A DNA stretch of 64,000 nucleotides from Escherichia coli (GTDB lineage: Bacteria > Pseudomonadota > Gammaproteobacteria > Enterobacterales > Enterobacteriaceae): NCBI RefSeq assembly GCF_001677475.2, contig NZ_CP015229.1; one strand, 5' to 3'. The stretch's first letter is position 1. Each line of letters opens with the position of its first letter. The notes beneath the pieces are model-generated. The model saw only the letters and a list, made by a program, of their open reading frames with translations. It did no database searches and was not told where the DNA came from. Below, piece after piece: positions 11,685 through 23,656 of this stretch. The position numbers and the translations under genes were made by a program.

Positions 11685-12986
11685 ATGTTCAATTTTGCAG
11701 TCAGCCGCGAAAGCCTGTTATCAGGATTTCAGTGGTTTTTCTTTATTTTTTGCAACACGGTTGTGGTTCCTCCTACGCTACTTTCTGCTTTTCAGTTGCC
11801 GCAAAGTAGCCTGCTTACGCTCACGCAATATGCTTTTCTTGCTACCGCACTGGCCTGCTTCGCTCAGGTGTTTTGCGGTCATCGTCGCGCTATTATGGAA
11901 GGGCCAGGTGGCCTGTGGTGGGGAACCATCCTTACTATCACCCTTGGCGAAGCATCGCGCGGGACACCGATCAACGATATCGCTACCAGTCTGGCGGTGG
12001 GGATTGCACTCTCCGGCGTGCTGACGATGTTGATTGGTTTTAGCGGATTAGGCCATCGCCTGGCACGGTTATTTACGCCGTCGGTGATGGTCCTGTTTAT
12101 GTTGATGCTGGGCGCGCAGCTGACCACTATCTTTTTCAAAGGTATGCTCGGGCTGCCGTTTGGCATAGCCGACCCAAATTTTAAAATTCAGTTACCGCCG
12201 TTCGCGCTCTCGGTGGCGGTGATGTGCCTGGTACTGGGGATGATTATCTTCCTGCCGCAACGTTTTGCCCGTTATGGCCTGCTGGTCGGCACCATAACCG
12301 GCTGGTTGTTGTGGTACTTTTGCTTTCCTGCTTCGCACTCGCTCTCCGGTGAGTTGCACTGGCAGTGGTTCCCGCTCGGCAGTGGCGGTGCGTTGTCGCC
12401 GGGAATTATTCTGACGGCGGTGATTACAGGTCTGGTAAATATCAGCAATACCTACGGTGCGATTCGGGGCACGGATGTTTTTTATCCGCAGCAGGGCGCG
12501 GGGAATACGCGTTATCGTCGTAGCTTTGTGGCGACCGGATTTATGACGCTGATAACCGTACCGCTGGCGGTAATTCCATTTTCACCGTTTGTTTCATCCA
12601 TTGGTTTATTAACCCAGACTGGCGATTACACGCGACGTTCGTTTATTTATGGCAGCGTTATTTGCCTGCTGGTTGCGCTGGTTCCGGCACTCACGCGACT
12701 ATTTTGCAGTATCCCTTTACCAGTGAGTAGCGCGGTCATGCTGGTTTCTTATCTGCCTTTACTCTTTTCCGCGCTGGTGTTTAGCCAGCAAATAACCTTT
12801 ACCGCTCGCAATATTTATCGACTCGCATTGCCGTTATTTGTCGGCATATTTTTAATGGCATTACCGCCTGTGTATCTGCAAGACCTTCCATTAACGCTTC
12901 GTCCTCTGCTCAGTAACGGCTTACTGGTCGGAATTTTACTGGCTGTTCTTATGGATAATCTTATTCCGTGGGAACGCATCGAATAA
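11685..12986 (+). CDS. ybbY: Putative purine/uracil permease family transporter
   Basis: Membrane protein; start set at the ATG (MFNFAVS...) giving 433 aa; track ORF begins 6 nt earlier at GTG. Confidence 0.88.
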   Translation: MFNFAVSRESLLSGFQWFFFIFCNTVVVPPTLLSAFQLPQSSLLTLTQYAFLATALACFAQVFCGHRRAIMEGPGGLWWGTILTITLGEASRGTPINDIATSLAVGIALSGVLTMLIGFSGLGHRLARLFTPSVMVLFMLMLGAQLTTIFFKGMLGLPFGIADPNFKIQLPPFALSVAVMCLVLGMIIFLPQRFARYGLLVGTITGWLLWYFCFPASHSLSGELHWQWFPLGSGGALSPGIILTAVITGLVNISNTYGAIRGTDVFYPQQGAGNTRYRRSFVATGFMTLITVPLAVIPFSPFVSSIGLLTQTGDYTRRSFIYGSVICLLVALVPALTRLFCSIPLPVSSAVMLVSYLPLLFSALVFSQQITFTARNIYRLALPLFVGIFLMALPPVYLQDLPLTLRPLLSNGLLVGILLAVLMDNLIPWERIE

Positions 12987-13007
12987 TTTGTTGAAAAAGG
13001 ATTGATA

Positions 13008-14153
13008 ATGAAGATTGTCATTGCGCCAGACTCTTTTAAAGAGAGCTTAAGTGCAGAAAAATGTTGTCAGGCAATTAAAGCCGGGTTTTCGACCCTCTTT
13101 CCCGATGCGCACTATATCTGTTTGCCGATAGCGGATGGCGGCGAAGGGACGGTGGATGCGATGGTCGCCGCGACGGGCGGCAACATCGTGAAGCTTGAAG
13201 TCTGCGGGCCGATGGGCGAAAAAGTGAATGCTTTTTATGGCCTTACCGGCGACGGGAAAACAGCGGTGATTGAGATGGCGGCAGCAAGTGGCCTGATGCT
13301 GGTCGCGCCTGAAAAGCGTAATCCGTTGCTGGCCTCCAGTTTTGGTACGGGGGAGTTAATTCGTCATGCGCTGGATAACGGCATTCGCCATATTATTCTC
13401 GGCATTGGCGGTAGTGCGACGGTCGACGGCGGTATGGGCATGGCGCAGGCGCTTGGTGTGCGTTTCCTTGATGCCGACGGTCAGGTGCTGGTGGCTAACG
13501 GCGGCAATTTAGCGCGCGTGGCAAGCATTGAGATGGATGAATGCGATCCGCGTCTGGCGAACTGCCATATTGAAGTAGCATGTGACGTTGATAACCCGCT
13601 GGTAGGGGCACGCGGCGCGGCGGCGGTGTTTGGCCCGCAAAAAGGGGCAACGCCGGAGATGGTCGAAGAACTGGAACAGGGGCTGCAAAATTACGCCCGT
13701 GTTTTACAACAGCAAACTGAAATGAATGTCTGCCAGATGGCGGGCGGCGGCGCGGCGGGCGGTATGGGTATTGCGGCGGCGGTATTCCTCAATGCGGATA
13801 TTAAACCGGGCATTGAGATTGTGTTGAATGCGGTCAATCTTGCGCAGGCGGTGCAGGGCGCAGCACTGGTGATCACCGGGGAAGGGCGCATCGACTCGCA
13901 AACGGCAGGCGGTAAAGCTCCGCTGGGCGTTGCGTCGGTGGCGAAGCAGTTTAATGTACCGGTGATTGGGATTGCTGGCGTATTGGGTGATGGCGTGGAA
14001 GTGGTGCACCAGTACGGCATTGATGCGGTATTCAGCATTTTGCCACGTCTGGCACCTTTAACCGAAGTGCTCGCCAGCGGTGAAACCAATCTCTTCAACA
14101 GTGCGCGAAATATTGCCTGCGCCATTAAAATAGGTCAGGGAATTAAAAACTGA
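13008..14153 (+). CDS. glxK: Glycerate kinase II
   Basis: 381 aa from the ATG ([14 protein letters not shown]...); glycerate-kinase family sequence. Confidence 0.92.
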   Translation: MKIVIAPDSFKESLSAEKCCQAIKAGFSTLFPDAHYICLPIADGGEGTVDAMVAATGGNIVKLEVCGPMGEKVNAFYGLTGDGKTAVIEMAAASGLMLVAPEKRNPLLASSFGTGELIRHALDNGIRHIILGIGGSATVDGGMGMAQALGVRFLDADGQVLVANGGNLARVASIEMDECDPRLANCHIEVACDVDNPLVGARGAAAVFGPQKGATPEMVEELEQGLQNYARVLQQQTEMNVCQMAGGGAAGGMGIAAAVFLNADIKPGIEIVLNAVNLAQAVQGAALVITGEGRIDSQTAGGKAPLGVASVAKQFNVPVIGIAGVLGDGVEVVHQYGIDAVFSILPRLAPLTEVLASGETNLFNSARNIACAIKIGQGIKN

Positions 14154-14194
14154 CTCTTACCTTTAAAGTGGATGCGATTTATTTCGTATAAGAG

Positions 14195-14320
14195 CGCAGT
14201 GCTCATGCCGGATGCGGCATGAGTACTATATCCTTCCTGAAAATCGCGCAAATTCTATATATTGTAGAGATCATGTAGGCCTGATAAGCGAAGCGCATCA
14301 GGCAATGTTACAAAAAAAGC
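14195..14320. repeat. REP elements and hairpin in the glxK-allE intergenic region
   Basis: gccggatgcggcatgag... and tgtaggcctgataagcgaagcgcatcaggca, followed by hairpin gccacggtataaaccgtggc. Confidence 0.7.
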
Positions 14321-14380
14321 CACGGTATAAACCGTGGCAAAATCCAACATAGCTAAAAATAATCAGGCGAGTGGTATGAC

Positions 14381-15166
14381 TTAAATCTCTACGTCGCGGT
14401 TGCAATCTTTCGAGTAAATATAGCTGAACGCTTCACCACGCCCTACGCCATAACCAGCCTGTAAAGAATAAGCGCCCATAAAGATGTAATCGCCTTTTTT
14501 CACCGGAATCCAGTTATTGTCAAGGTTATAAACCCCCTGACCGGAAAGAATATAGGCACCGTGTTCCTGAACATGTGTTTCGATATAACCGTGGCTGGCA
14601 CCTGGCGCAAAAGAGAGGATATGCATGTTCATATCAAAACCTAACTCTTTGGGCAGAAAATCCAGCAGGATCACATCATCCATACCTTCATAATGAATGC
14701 GTTCCAGTTCGCTGGCATTGCCAGAAACCAGCCACGGCGCATGACCTTCTACCGGAACATAGCGACGCTTATATAAAAAGATTTGGCTGTCTTCGGCCTG
14801 GGCGTTAACAAAAGTCATTAAGGAGCCTGGCGGGCAATAAAGATAGCCACCTTCACTTAAGGTAAATGTTTTCCCTTCGGCTTTGGCAGTGATATTTCCA
14901 GAGATCACATACAGGAACGTTTCAATGCCTTCGCCACCGAAGCCCTGTTGGTTGCCGCCGTTTTGATGCAGTGTGACCAGATAATCAACAAAAGAGGCAC
15001 CCAGCTTTGGCGTGGAGAGGATTGTCGCGTCACAATTTTCAAAGCCCGGAATAATATTTTTTACCAGACCGTCTGGTGTTAACAGTGCGAAATTACCGTG
15101 TTTAACAATCGCACGGTTAGCCAGTAAATCATCGCGGTAACCGGTGACGTTATTTAAATATCCCAT
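14381..15166 (-). CDS. allE: Cupin-family (S)-ureidoglycine aminohydrolase
   Basis: 261-aa ORF; position upstream of allC/allD (ylbA). Confidence 0.88.
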   Translation of the reverse strand: MGYLNNVTGYRDDLLANRAIVKHGNFALLTPDGLVKNIIPGFENCDATILSTPKLGASFVDYLVTLHQNGGNQQGFGGEGIETFLYVISGNITAKAEGKTFTLSEGGYLYCPPGSLMTFVNAQAEDSQIFLYKRRYVPVEGHAPWLVSGNASELERIHYEGMDDVILLDFLPKELGFDMNMHILSFAPGASHGYIETHVQEHGAYILSGQGVYNLDNNWIPVKKGDYIFMGAYSLQAGYGVGRGEAFSYIYSKDCNRDVEI

Positions 15167-15176
15167 TTATGACTCC

Positions 15177-16412
15177 TTATTTCTGCCAGGCAAGTTGATA
15201 AAGCATGAGTGCCAACGTTTTGACCCCTTCGGCAAGGTCGGTAATATTGGTGCGTTCCGCCGGGTTATGGCTGATCCCGTTGATGCTGGGGATAAAAATC
15301 ATACAGGTTGGTACGCGAGGCGCGAAAATTTGCGCGTCGTGCCCGGCACCACTGTGCATCACCCGGTAATTCAGTTTTTCGCTTTCACACAATTCTGTCA
15401 GGGTGGCGACCAGGTCCTTATTCATCGGCACGGGTTCTTCGTCCATCCATAAATCAATATCAATACCAATGTCCATTTCATCGCAAATCGCCCGCATGTC
15501 GTTTTCTAACTGCTGGGTGAAATCGCGCAGCACGGCAGCGTCGGTATGACGACAATCAATGGTGAACGTGGTTTTACCTGGTACCACATTCACCGTATTC
15601 GGACGCGGCTCCACCTTGCCAAAGGTAAGCACCAGCGGGTCGCCCATCTTTTTCGCTTTTTCGATCGACTGATGGCAAATGCGACTGAAAGCGTAAACCG
15701 TATCACGACGATAACCCATCGGCGTGGTGCCTGCATGGTTTGATTCGCCGTTCAGCGTCACCGTATAGCGACGTTGCCCGACAATTGCATTCACCACGCC
15801 AATTGACTGCCCGTTACTTTCCAGCACACAGCCCTGTTCGATATGCAGTTCGACAAAGGCTTTAATATCCTGACGCGGAGTTAGCGGGGCGTCCGGCAGA
15901 GTAAATCCGCAAGCCTTCATCGCATCGACAAACCTATTTCCTTTGGCATCACAGATATTCCGTACGTCGTCAGGATTCGCCAGCCCAAAGATATTTTTAC
16001 TGCCCCAGAAGACATACGGGAAGCGGCTGCCTTCTTCTTCTGCCATCGCCACCACTTCGACCGTACGTAGCGGCGCGCCGTATTGCGTTTTCAGCCAGTC
16101 AATTGCCAGCCAGGCCGCCAGCGCGCCGAATTGCCCGTCGAGGTTACCGCCGTTAACCACGGTATCGATATGCGAACCGCTCAGAACCACTTCCTGTGGA
16201 TATTCGGTGCCATTCAGGCGACCGTATAAATTTCCCACTTCATCGAAATGTGTTTCCAGCCCGCTTGCTGCCATTCTTTTTTTAAATTGCTGTTGGGTTT
16301 CCAGCCATTCCGGCGAATAAAGTAAACGGGTCATCCCACCCGTAGGGTCAGCGCCAAAAGAGGAAAGCCAGGGCAGCGTTTCTTCTATGGCTTGACGGAA
16401 ATGTGTAATCAT
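15177..16412 (-). CDS. allC: Allantoate amidohydrolase
   Basis: M20-peptidase-like; start set at the internal ATG (MITHFRQAIEE...) giving 411 aa. Confidence 0.92.
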   Translation of the reverse strand: MITHFRQAIEETLPWLSSFGADPTGGMTRLLYSPEWLETQQQFKKRMAASGLETHFDEVGNLYGRLNGTEYPQEVVLSGSHIDTVVNGGNLDGQFGALAAWLAIDWLKTQYGAPLRTVEVVAMAEEEGSRFPYVFWGSKNIFGLANPDDVRNICDAKGNRFVDAMKACGFTLPDAPLTPRQDIKAFVELHIEQGCVLESNGQSIGVVNAIVGQRRYTVTLNGESNHAGTTPMGYRRDTVYAFSRICHQSIEKAKKMGDPLVLTFGKVEPRPNTVNVVPGKTTFTIDCRHTDAAVLRDFTQQLENDMRAICDEMDIGIDIDLWMDEEPVPMNKDLVATLTELCESEKLNYRVMHSGAGHDAQIFAPRVPTCMIFIPSINGISHNPAERTNITDLAEGVKTLALMLYQLAWQK

Positions 16413-16433
16413 AAGAAAGTCCTGTCTCAATAA

Positions 16434-17483
16434 TTATTGCGCAAAGGGATTTTTCGTTTCGTATGACGTGTTATAAAGCGCGTCGGAAATTAAATACTGG
16501 TAAATATCATCAACAATTTCGATGCCTTCGACGGCGGCTTTGCGTTGTTTAATATCCTGATCCTGTCCGGGATAATAAACCTGATTAAAACCGGGCGCGG
16601 GGGTAATGGCATTTAATTCGCGCATGGTCTGGCTAAGATGTTGACGGAATAATTCGCTGGAGGAGAAAAAGTTCGGATTAATAACTATATGTAATTGCCC
16701 CAAATTACGCCCGGCGTGTAAATCGTCATACATCGAACTAACCTGTCGCCCGAACGGTAAGCCGAGTAAGACGCCTGAGAGGACGTCAATCATCATCATC
16801 AGGCCATACCCTTTCGGCCCAGCGGCGGGGAGCAGAGCATGTACCGCGAACGGATCGGTTGTTGGTGCACCGTTTTTATCGACCGCCCAGGTATCCGGGA
16901 TAGACATATTACGCGAGCGGGCGTCGAGCACTTTTCCCCATGCCTGTACGGTAGTCGCCATATCAAAGGTAAGGATCTCGTTGCCTTCTCCCGGCGCGGC
17001 AAAGGCCAGTGGGTTAGTACCGTAGTAAATTTCCGCGCCGCCAAACGGCACCACCATTGGATCGGACTGGCACATCGAAATACCAATTAATCCGGCGCGG
17101 GCTGCCTGCTGCACAAAATAAGAGATTGCGCCGCTGTGACCCATCCGGCTGATACCGACCACCGCAACGCCATTTTGCTGGGCGGTTTTGATGGCATGTT
17201 CCATACCCATTTTCGCCGCGACCTGTCCGGCGGCATTGTCGGCATGTAAAATTGCCGAGCACGGCCCGGTTTCCTCAAGACGAAACTCCGGTTCGCGGTT
17301 GGTGCCGCCTTTTGAGATGCGTTCCGCGTAGTATTCCACGCGCACCGCGCCATGAGAGTGGATCCCTCTGGCATCGGCGTAAACCAATACTTCAGCCACG
17401 GTTGCAGCGTGCTCACGTTTTAACCCAGCCTGGTAGAGTTTATTCTCGATTAGCTGGTGGAGTGTTTCCCGACTGATTTTCAT
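16434..17483 (-). CDS. allD: Ureidoglycolate dehydrogenase
   Basis: 349-aa ORF, Ldh2-type oxidoreductase family. Confidence 0.92.
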   Translation of the reverse strand: MKISRETLHQLIENKLYQAGLKREHAATVAEVLVYADARGIHSHGAVRVEYYAERISKGGTNREPEFRLEETGPCSAILHADNAAGQVAAKMGMEHAIKTAQQNGVAVVGISRMGHSGAISYFVQQAARAGLIGISMCQSDPMVVPFGGAEIYYGTNPLAFAAPGEGNEILTFDMATTVQAWGKVLDARSRNMSIPDTWAVDKNGAPTTDPFAVHALLPAAGPKGYGLMMMIDVLSGVLLGLPFGRQVSSMYDDLHAGRNLGQLHIVINPNFFSSSELFRQHLSQTMRELNAITPAPGFNQVYYPGQDQDIKQRKAAVEGIEIVDDIYQYLISDALYNTSYETKNPFAQ

Positions 17484-17799
17484 CTGTCTTCCTTTTTAAC
17501 GACGGTGTGAAGCATGACTGCAATTAACATACAGGGAAAATATCTGGATTATGTGATCCAGACAGGCAAAAAAATATAGTTAGAATTTATTTGATAATCC
17601 GCTCGCTTTTAACCTGGTTTTTAAAACAACCACGCTTATTAAAAAATAACGCGTAATAGCCTGGCGGTTATTTGAATTCTTTTGTTAATAATCCCTGTGT
17701 GATATTCATCACCTTATTTACTCGTTGTCATCGATACCGTAATCGCCACATTAACACTGCTCGTGCAATTGCCATGGGTGCAATTTTTAAGGAGTTGTT

Positions 17800-19467
17800 A
17801 TGATCCACGCCTTTATTAAAAAAGGGTGTTTTCAGGATTCGGTCAGTTTAATGATTATTTCACGAAAACTCAGCGAATCAGAAAATGTTGATGATGTTTC
17901 CGTAATGATGGGTACGCCCGCCAATAAAGCGTTATTAGATACCACAGGTTTCTGGCATGACGATTTTAATAACGCCACGCCGAACGATATTTGCGTGGCA
18001 ATTCGTAGCGAAGCGGCGGATGCGGGGATCGCGCAGGCGATTATGCAGCAGCTTGAAGAGGCGCTAAAACAACTGGCGCAGGGTTCAGGCAGCAGCCAGG
18101 CGTTGACGCAGGTGCGTCGCTGGGACAGTGCCTGTCAGAAATTACCCGATGCCAATCTGGCGCTGATTTCAGTGGCTGGTGAGTATGCGGCGGAGCTGGC
18201 GAACCAGGCGCTGGATCGTAACCTCAACGTGATGATGTTCTCCGATAACGTTACGCTGGAAGATGAAATCCAACTTAAAACCCGCGCGCGGGAAAAAGGC
18301 TTGCTGGTGATGGGACCAGACTGCGGTACGTCGATGATTGCCGCCACGCCGCTGGCTTTTGCTAACGTGATGCCGGAAGGCAACATTGGCGTCATTGGCG
18401 CTTCCGGTACCGGGATTCAGGAGCTGTGCTCACAGATTGCGCTGGCAGGGGAGGGAATTACTCACGCGATTGGTCTTGGCGGGCGCGACCTCAGCCGTGA
18501 AGTGGGCGGCATCAGTGCGCTAACAGCGCTGGAAATGCTCAGTGCAGACGAGAAAAGCGAAGTGCTGGCATTTGTTTCAAAACCACCTGCCGATGCTGTG
18601 CGTCTGAAAATTGTTAATGCCATGAAAGCAACCGGCAAACCGACGGTGGCGCTGTTTTTAGGTTATACCCCGGCGGTGGCCCGCGACGAGAATGTCTGGT
18701 TTGCCTCCTCGCTGGATGAGGCCGCACGCCTGGCTTGCCTGCTTTCACGCGTCACGGCGCGACGTAACGCAATAGCACCTGTCAGCAGCGGATTTATTTG
18801 CGGTTTGTATACCGGCGGTACGCTGGCTGCCGAAGCGGCGGGATTACTTGCCGGACACCTTGGCGTGGAAGCCGATGATGCCCATCATCACGGCATGATG
18901 CTCGACGCCGATGGTCACCAGATTATTGACCTCGGCGATGATTTCTACACAGTCGGGCGTCCCCATCCGATGATCGACCCAACCTTACGCAACCAGTTAA
19001 TTGCCGATCTCGGCGCTAAACCGTCAGTGCGCGTATTGCTACTTGATGTCGTGATTGGCTTCGGCGCGACCGCCGATCCTGCCGCCTCGCTGGTGAGCGC
19101 CTGGCAAAAAGCCTGTGCCGCGCGTTCAGACAACCAACCGCTGTATGCCATTGCCACGGTGACAGGTACCGAACGTGACCCGCAATGCCGCTCGCAGCAA
19201 ATCGCCACGCTGGAAGATGCGGGGATTGCGGTCGTGAGTTCGCTACCGGAAGCCACCTTGCTGGCGGCAGCGTTAATTCATCCGCTCTCGCCTGCCGCAC
19301 AGCAACACACATCGTCATTACTGGAAAACGTCGCCGTGATTAACATCGGATTACGCAACTTTGCGCTGGAGCTACAAAGCGCCAGCAAACCGGTTGTGCA
19401 TTACCAATGGTCGCCAGTCGCCGGCGGCAATAAAAAACTGGCTCGTTTATTAGAACGTTTGCAATAA
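17800..19467 (+). CDS. fdrA: FdrA (succinyl-CoA-synthetase-alpha-like); oxamate carbamoyltransferase subunit
   Basis: 555-aa ORF; CoA-binding/ligase-like fold; first gene of the fdrA-ylbE-ylbF-ybcF cluster. Confidence 0.9.
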   Translation: MIHAFIKKGCFQDSVSLMIISRKLSESENVDDVSVMMGTPANKALLDTTGFWHDDFNNATPNDICVAIRSEAADAGIAQAIMQQLEEALKQLAQGSGSSQALTQVRRWDSACQKLPDANLALISVAGEYAAELANQALDRNLNVMMFSDNVTLEDEIQLKTRAREKGLLVMGPDCGTSMIAATPLAFANVMPEGNIGVIGASGTGIQELCSQIALAGEGITHAIGLGGRDLSREVGGISALTALEMLSADEKSEVLAFVSKPPADAVRLKIVNAMKATGKPTVALFLGYTPAVARDENVWFASSLDEAARLACLLSRVTARRNAIAPVSSGFICGLYTGGTLAAEAAGLLAGHLGVEADDAHHHGMMLDADGHQIIDLGDDFYTVGRPHPMIDPTLRNQLIADLGAKPSVRVLLLDVVIGFGATADPAASLVSAWQKACAARSDNQPLYAIATVTGTERDPQCRSQQIATLEDAGIAVVSSLPEATLLAAALIHPLSPAAQQHTSSLLENVAVINIGLRNFALELQSASKPVVHYQWSPVAGGNKKLARLLERLQ

Positions 19468-19476
19468 GGGGTTCCC

Positions 19477-20736
19477 ATGTTTACATCAGTGGCGCAAGCC
19501 AATGCTGCGGTTATCGAACAAATTCGTCGCGCTCGTCCACACTGGCTGGATGTGCAACCGGCTTCTTCACTTATCAGCGAACTAAACGAGGGCAAAACAC
19601 TGCTTCACGCCGGGCCGCCAATGCGCTGGCAGGAGATGACCGGACCCATGAAAGGGGCGTGCGTGGGCGCATGTCTGTTTGAAGGCTGGGCGAAAGATGA
19701 AGCGCAGGCGCTGGCAATACTGGAGCTGGGGGAAGTGAACTTCATTCCTTGTCACCATGTGAATGCCGTCGGGCCAATGGGCGGCATTACTTCTGCCAGT
19801 ATGCCGATGCTGGTGGTCGAGAACGTGACCGACGGCAACCGGGCGTACTGCAACCTCAATGAAGGTATCGGCAAAGTGATGCGTTTTGGCGCTTACGGCG
19901 AAGATGTCCTGACTCGCCATCGCTGGATGCGCGATGTGTTAATGCCAGTATTAAGTGCGGCGCTGGGGCGCATGGAGCGCGGTATCGATCTCACCGCGAT
20001 GATGGCGCAGGGCATTACGATGGGCGATGAGTTCCATCAACGCAATATTGCTTCCTCAGCATTGTTAATGTGTGCGCTGGCCCCACAAATTGCCCGACTC
20101 GATCATGATAAACAGCACATCGCCGAAGTGATGGATTTCCTCAGCGTGACCGATCAGTTCTTCCTCAACCTCGCGATGGCTTACTGCAAGGCGGCGATGG
20201 ATGCTGGCGCGATGATCCGCGCAGGCAGCATCGTTACGGCTATGACCCGCAACGGCAATATGTTCGGGATTCGGGTAAGCGGGCTGGGTGAACGCTGGTT
20301 TACTGCGCCTGTAAACACTCCGCAAGGTCTGTTTTTCACCGGCTTCTCGCAGGAGCAGGCGAACCCGGATATGGGCGATAGCGCGATTACCGAAACCTTT
20401 GGTATTGGCGGAGCCGCAATGATCGCAGCGCCTGGCGTAACGCGCTTTGTCGGTGCGGGTGGCATGGAAGCGGCCAGAGCGGTATCTGAAGAGATGGCGG
20501 AAATTTACCTTGAACGCAATATGCAGTTGCAGATCCCAAGCTGGGATTTTCAGGGCGCGTGTCTGGGACTGGACATTCGTCGCGTGGTAGAAACCGGCAT
20601 TACGCCACTCATCAATACCGGTATCGCCCATAAAGAGGCGGGGATCGGGCAGATTGGCGCAGGCACTGTGCGGGCACCGCTGGCGTGTTTTGAACAGGCG
20701 CTGGAAGCACTGGCTGAAAGCATGGGGATTGGTTGA
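19477..20736 (+). CDS. ylbE: DUF1116 protein YlbE, apparently intact (419 aa)
   Basis: Continuous ORF; RBS aagggg upstream; I recall ylbE as frameshifted in K-12 MG1655. Confidence 0.88.
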   Translation: MFTSVAQANAAVIEQIRRARPHWLDVQPASSLISELNEGKTLLHAGPPMRWQEMTGPMKGACVGACLFEGWAKDEAQALAILELGEVNFIPCHHVNAVGPMGGITSASMPMLVVENVTDGNRAYCNLNEGIGKVMRFGAYGEDVLTRHRWMRDVLMPVLSAALGRMERGIDLTAMMAQGITMGDEFHQRNIASSALLMCALAPQIARLDHDKQHIAEVMDFLSVTDQFFLNLAMAYCKAAMDAGAMIRAGSIVTAMTRNGNMFGIRVSGLGERWFTAPVNTPQGLFFTGFSQEQANPDMGDSAITETFGIGGAAMIAAPGVTRFVGAGGMEAARAVSEEMAEIYLERNMQLQIPSWDFQGACLGLDIRRVVETGITPLINTGIAHKEAGIGQIGAGTVRAPLACFEQALEALAESMGIG

Positions 20737-20746
20737 GGAACGTGCA

Positions 20747-21562
20747 ATGACGATCATCCATCCTCTGCTTGCCAGCCGTAGCGCACCGAATTATCGCCAG
20801 TCCTGGCGGTTAGCGGGAGTGTGGCGACGGGCGATTAACCTGATGACGGAAAGCGGCGAACTGTTAACGCTGCATCGTCAGGGTAGTGGTTTCGGCCCCG
20901 GAGGATGGGTGCTTCGCCGCGCGCAATTCGATGCGTTATGCGGTGGATTATGCGGCAATGAACGACCACAGGTTGTGGCTCAAGGGATTCGCCTCGGGCG
21001 TTTCACGGTTAAACAGCCACAGCGTTATTGTTTGCTGCGTATTACGCCGCCTGCACATCCTCAACCGCTTGCCGCTGCATGGATGCAACGCGCGGAGGAA
21101 ACCGGGCTTTTCGGGCCACTGGCGATGGCGACAAGCGATCCGCTGCCTGCTGAATTACGCCAGTTTCGTCACTGTTTTCAGGCCGCGCTCAATGGCATTA
21201 AGACCGACTGGCGGCACTGGCTGGGTAAAGGCCCCGGATTAACGCCGAGTCATGATGACACGCTGAGCGGAATGCTGCTGGCGGCCTGGTATTATGGCGC
21301 TTTAGATGCGTGCTCCGGTCGCCCGTTTTTTGCCTGTTCCAACAATCTTCAACTCGTTACCACAGCGGTGAGCGTCAGTTATTTACGTTATGCCGCGCAA
21401 GGATATTTCGCCTCGCCACTCCTGCACTTTGTTCATGCTCTGAGTTGCCCGAAACGTACCGCTGTTGCGATTGATTCGCTGCTGGCGCTGGGGCACACGT
21501 CAGGGGCAGATACGCTGCTGGGGTTCTGGCTTGGTCAACAATTATTACAAGGAAAACCATGA
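20747..21562 (+). CDS. ylbF: YlbF (DUF2877)
   Basis: 271 aa from ATG 20747 (MTIIHPLL...), RBS gaggaa; the track's longer ORF overlaps ylbE; 4-nt overlap with ybcF. Confidence 0.88.
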   Translation: MTIIHPLLASRSAPNYRQSWRLAGVWRRAINLMTESGELLTLHRQGSGFGPGGWVLRRAQFDALCGGLCGNERPQVVAQGIRLGRFTVKQPQRYCLLRITPPAHPQPLAAAWMQRAEETGLFGPLAMATSDPLPAELRQFRHCFQAALNGIKTDWRHWLGKGPGLTPSHDDTLSGMLLAAWYYGALDACSGRPFFACSNNLQLVTTAVSVSYLRYAAQGYFASPLLHFVHALSCPKRTAVAIDSLLALGHTSGADTLLGFWLGQQLLQGKP

Positions 21563-22452
21563 AAACACTGGTTGTAGCTCTTGGGGGCAACGCCTTACTC
21601 CAGCGCGGTGAGGCGCTGACGGCAGAAAATCAATATCGCAACATTGCCAGTGCTGTACCCGCACTGGCGCGCCTGGCCCGTTCTTATCGGCTGGCGATTG
21701 TTCACGGCAACGGGCCACAGGTGGGGCTGCTGGCGTTACAGAATCTGGCGTGGAAAGAGGTAGAACCGTATCCGCTGGATGTGCTGGTGGCGGAAAGCCA
21801 GGGGATGATTGGCTATATGCTGGCGCAGAGTTTGAGCGCACAGCCGCAGATGCCGCCTGTCACGACGGTGCTGACGCGCATTGAAGTTTCGCCGGATGAT
21901 CCGGCGTTTTTGCAGCCAGAGAAGTTTATCGGTCCGGTTTATCAGCCAGAAGAACAAGAGGCACTGGAAGCGGCTTATGGCTGGCAGATGAAACGTGATG
22001 GTAAATATTTACGCCGGGTGGTGGCGTCTCCGCAACCGCGTAAAATTCTCGACAGCGAAGCCATCGAGTTGTTGCTCAAAGAGGGGCATGTGGTGATTTG
22101 CAGTGGCGGCGGCGGTGTGCCTGTGACGGATGACGGAGCAGGGAGTGAAGCAGTGATTGATAAAGATCTCGCCGCTGCGTTGCTCGCCGAGCAGATTAAT
22201 GCCGATGGGCTGGTGATCCTCACCGATGCTGATGCGGTATATGAAAACTGGGGAACGCCGCAGCAACGTGCCATTCGCCATGCCACACCGGATGAGTTAG
22301 CGCCATTTGCCAAAGCCGATGGTTCGATGGGGCCGAAGGTAACGGCGGTGAGTGGCTATGTCAGAAGCCGTGGCAAACCTGCGTGGATTGGGGCGTTATC
22401 GCGGATTGAAGAGACGCTGGCGGGCGAAGCGGGGACCTGTATTTCGCTGTAG
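21559..22452 (+). CDS. ybcF: Carbamate kinase-like protein
   Basis: 297-aa ORF; amino-acid-kinase-fold N-terminus ([13 protein letters not shown]). Confidence 0.92.
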   Translation: MKTLVVALGGNALLQRGEALTAENQYRNIASAVPALARLARSYRLAIVHGNGPQVGLLALQNLAWKEVEPYPLDVLVAESQGMIGYMLAQSLSAQPQMPPVTTVLTRIEVSPDDPAFLQPEKFIGPVYQPEEQEALEAAYGWQMKRDGKYLRRVVASPQPRKILDSEAIELLLKEGHVVICSGGGGVPVTDDGAGSEAVIDKDLAAALLAEQINADGLVILTDADAVYENWGTPQQRAIRHATPDELAPFAKADGSMGPKVTAVSGYVRSRGKPAWIGALSRIEETLAGEAGTCISL

Positions 22453-22454
22453 TG

Positions 22455-22580
22455 ATGAGAGCATCCGGCAATCGGCGCACCATGCCTGATGCGACGCTTG
22501 ACGCGTCTTATCAGGCCTACAATGGGTACCGGAGCGGTAAGCCGGATAAGGCGTTCACGCCGAATCCGGCAAGAATATGA
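22455..22580. repeat. REP/BIME elements between convergent ybcF and purK
   Basis: gcctgatgcgacgcttgacgcgtcttatcaggcctac ... gccggataaggcgttcacgccgaatccggca. Confidence 0.8.
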
Positions 22581-22588
22581 GCACCAGG

Positions 22589-23656
22589 TTAATTGAACTT
22601 ACTCTGCGCCCACATCACGCCGCTGGCATACTCTGGCGGCAGCAGCGGGATTAAGGCTTCCAGCGTCGCGGTCAGACGCGATGTGTCGCTGTCGGTCAAA
22701 TTCAGATGCCCCACTTTACGCCCCGGACGGACTTCTTTGTCGTACCAGTGCAGATGCACCAGCGGCAGTTTCAGCCAGTCATAATTCACATCGCTACCAA
22801 TCAGGTTGATCATCACCGACGGACTATTCACTACCGGTTGCGGTAACGGCAGATCGGTAATCGCCCGCAGATGCAGCTCAAACTGGCTGATGCTGGCACC
22901 GTTTTGTGTCCAGTGACCGCTGTTATGCACACGCGGAGCCAGTTCGTTGATCAGCAGACCTTGCGGGGTGACAAAACACTCCATCGCCATCACGCCCACA
23001 TAGCCCAGCTCCTGCATAATCGCCGACAGCATCTCTTCGGCCTGCGCCTGCTGCTGCGCGTTGGCCTGCGGGAAAGCGACGCTGGTGCGCAAAATACCGT
23101 CCTGATGCAGGTTATGCGTCAGCGGATAAAACACGGTGCTGCCATCAAAGCCGCGCGCGCCAACCAGCGACACTTCACCAGAGAAGTTAATGCCCTGCTC
23201 GACAATACATTCGCCGTAACACTCTGCCGGTAACTGTTCGGTTTCATTGGCGCGTAAACGCCATTGACCGCGACCGTCATAGCCACCAGTGCGACGCTTA
23301 ACAATCGCCAGTTCACCTAAACGATCAAACACCGCAGGCCACTCGCTGCGATCGGCAAGTAACTGCCACGGTGCGGTCGGCAGGTGAAGCTTGTCGAAAA
23401 GCTGCTTCTGAGTCAGACGGTCGGCAATAATCGGGAATACATCGCGGTTCACAAAGGCCGGATGGCGCGCCAGCTCGCGGGTTAATGCGGTTTCCGGCCA
23501 GCGTTCGATCTCAGCGGTAATCACGCTTTGTTGAAAAGGCACCGCCGCCGGTTCAGCGTCCAGCCCGACCGGCCAGACAGCAATGCCTAACGGTTCGCCT
23601 GCCTGACGCAGCATACGGCCTAACTGCCCGTTACCGAGGACGCAAACCTGTTTCAT
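22589..23656 (-). CDS. purK: N5-carboxyaminoimidazole ribonucleotide synthetase
   Basis: 355-aa ATP-grasp ORF; 4-nt overlap with purE. Confidence 0.95.
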   Translation of the reverse strand: MKQVCVLGNGQLGRMLRQAGEPLGIAVWPVGLDAEPAAVPFQQSVITAEIERWPETALTRELARHPAFVNRDVFPIIADRLTQKQLFDKLHLPTAPWQLLADRSEWPAVFDRLGELAIVKRRTGGYDGRGQWRLRANETEQLPAECYGECIVEQGINFSGEVSLVGARGFDGSTVFYPLTHNLHQDGILRTSVAFPQANAQQQAQAEEMLSAIMQELGYVGVMAMECFVTPQGLLINELAPRVHNSGHWTQNGASISQFELHLRAITDLPLPQPVVNSPSVMINLIGSDVNYDWLKLPLVHLHWYDKEVRPGRKVGHLNLTDSDTSRLTATLEALIPLLPPEYASGVMWAQSKFN

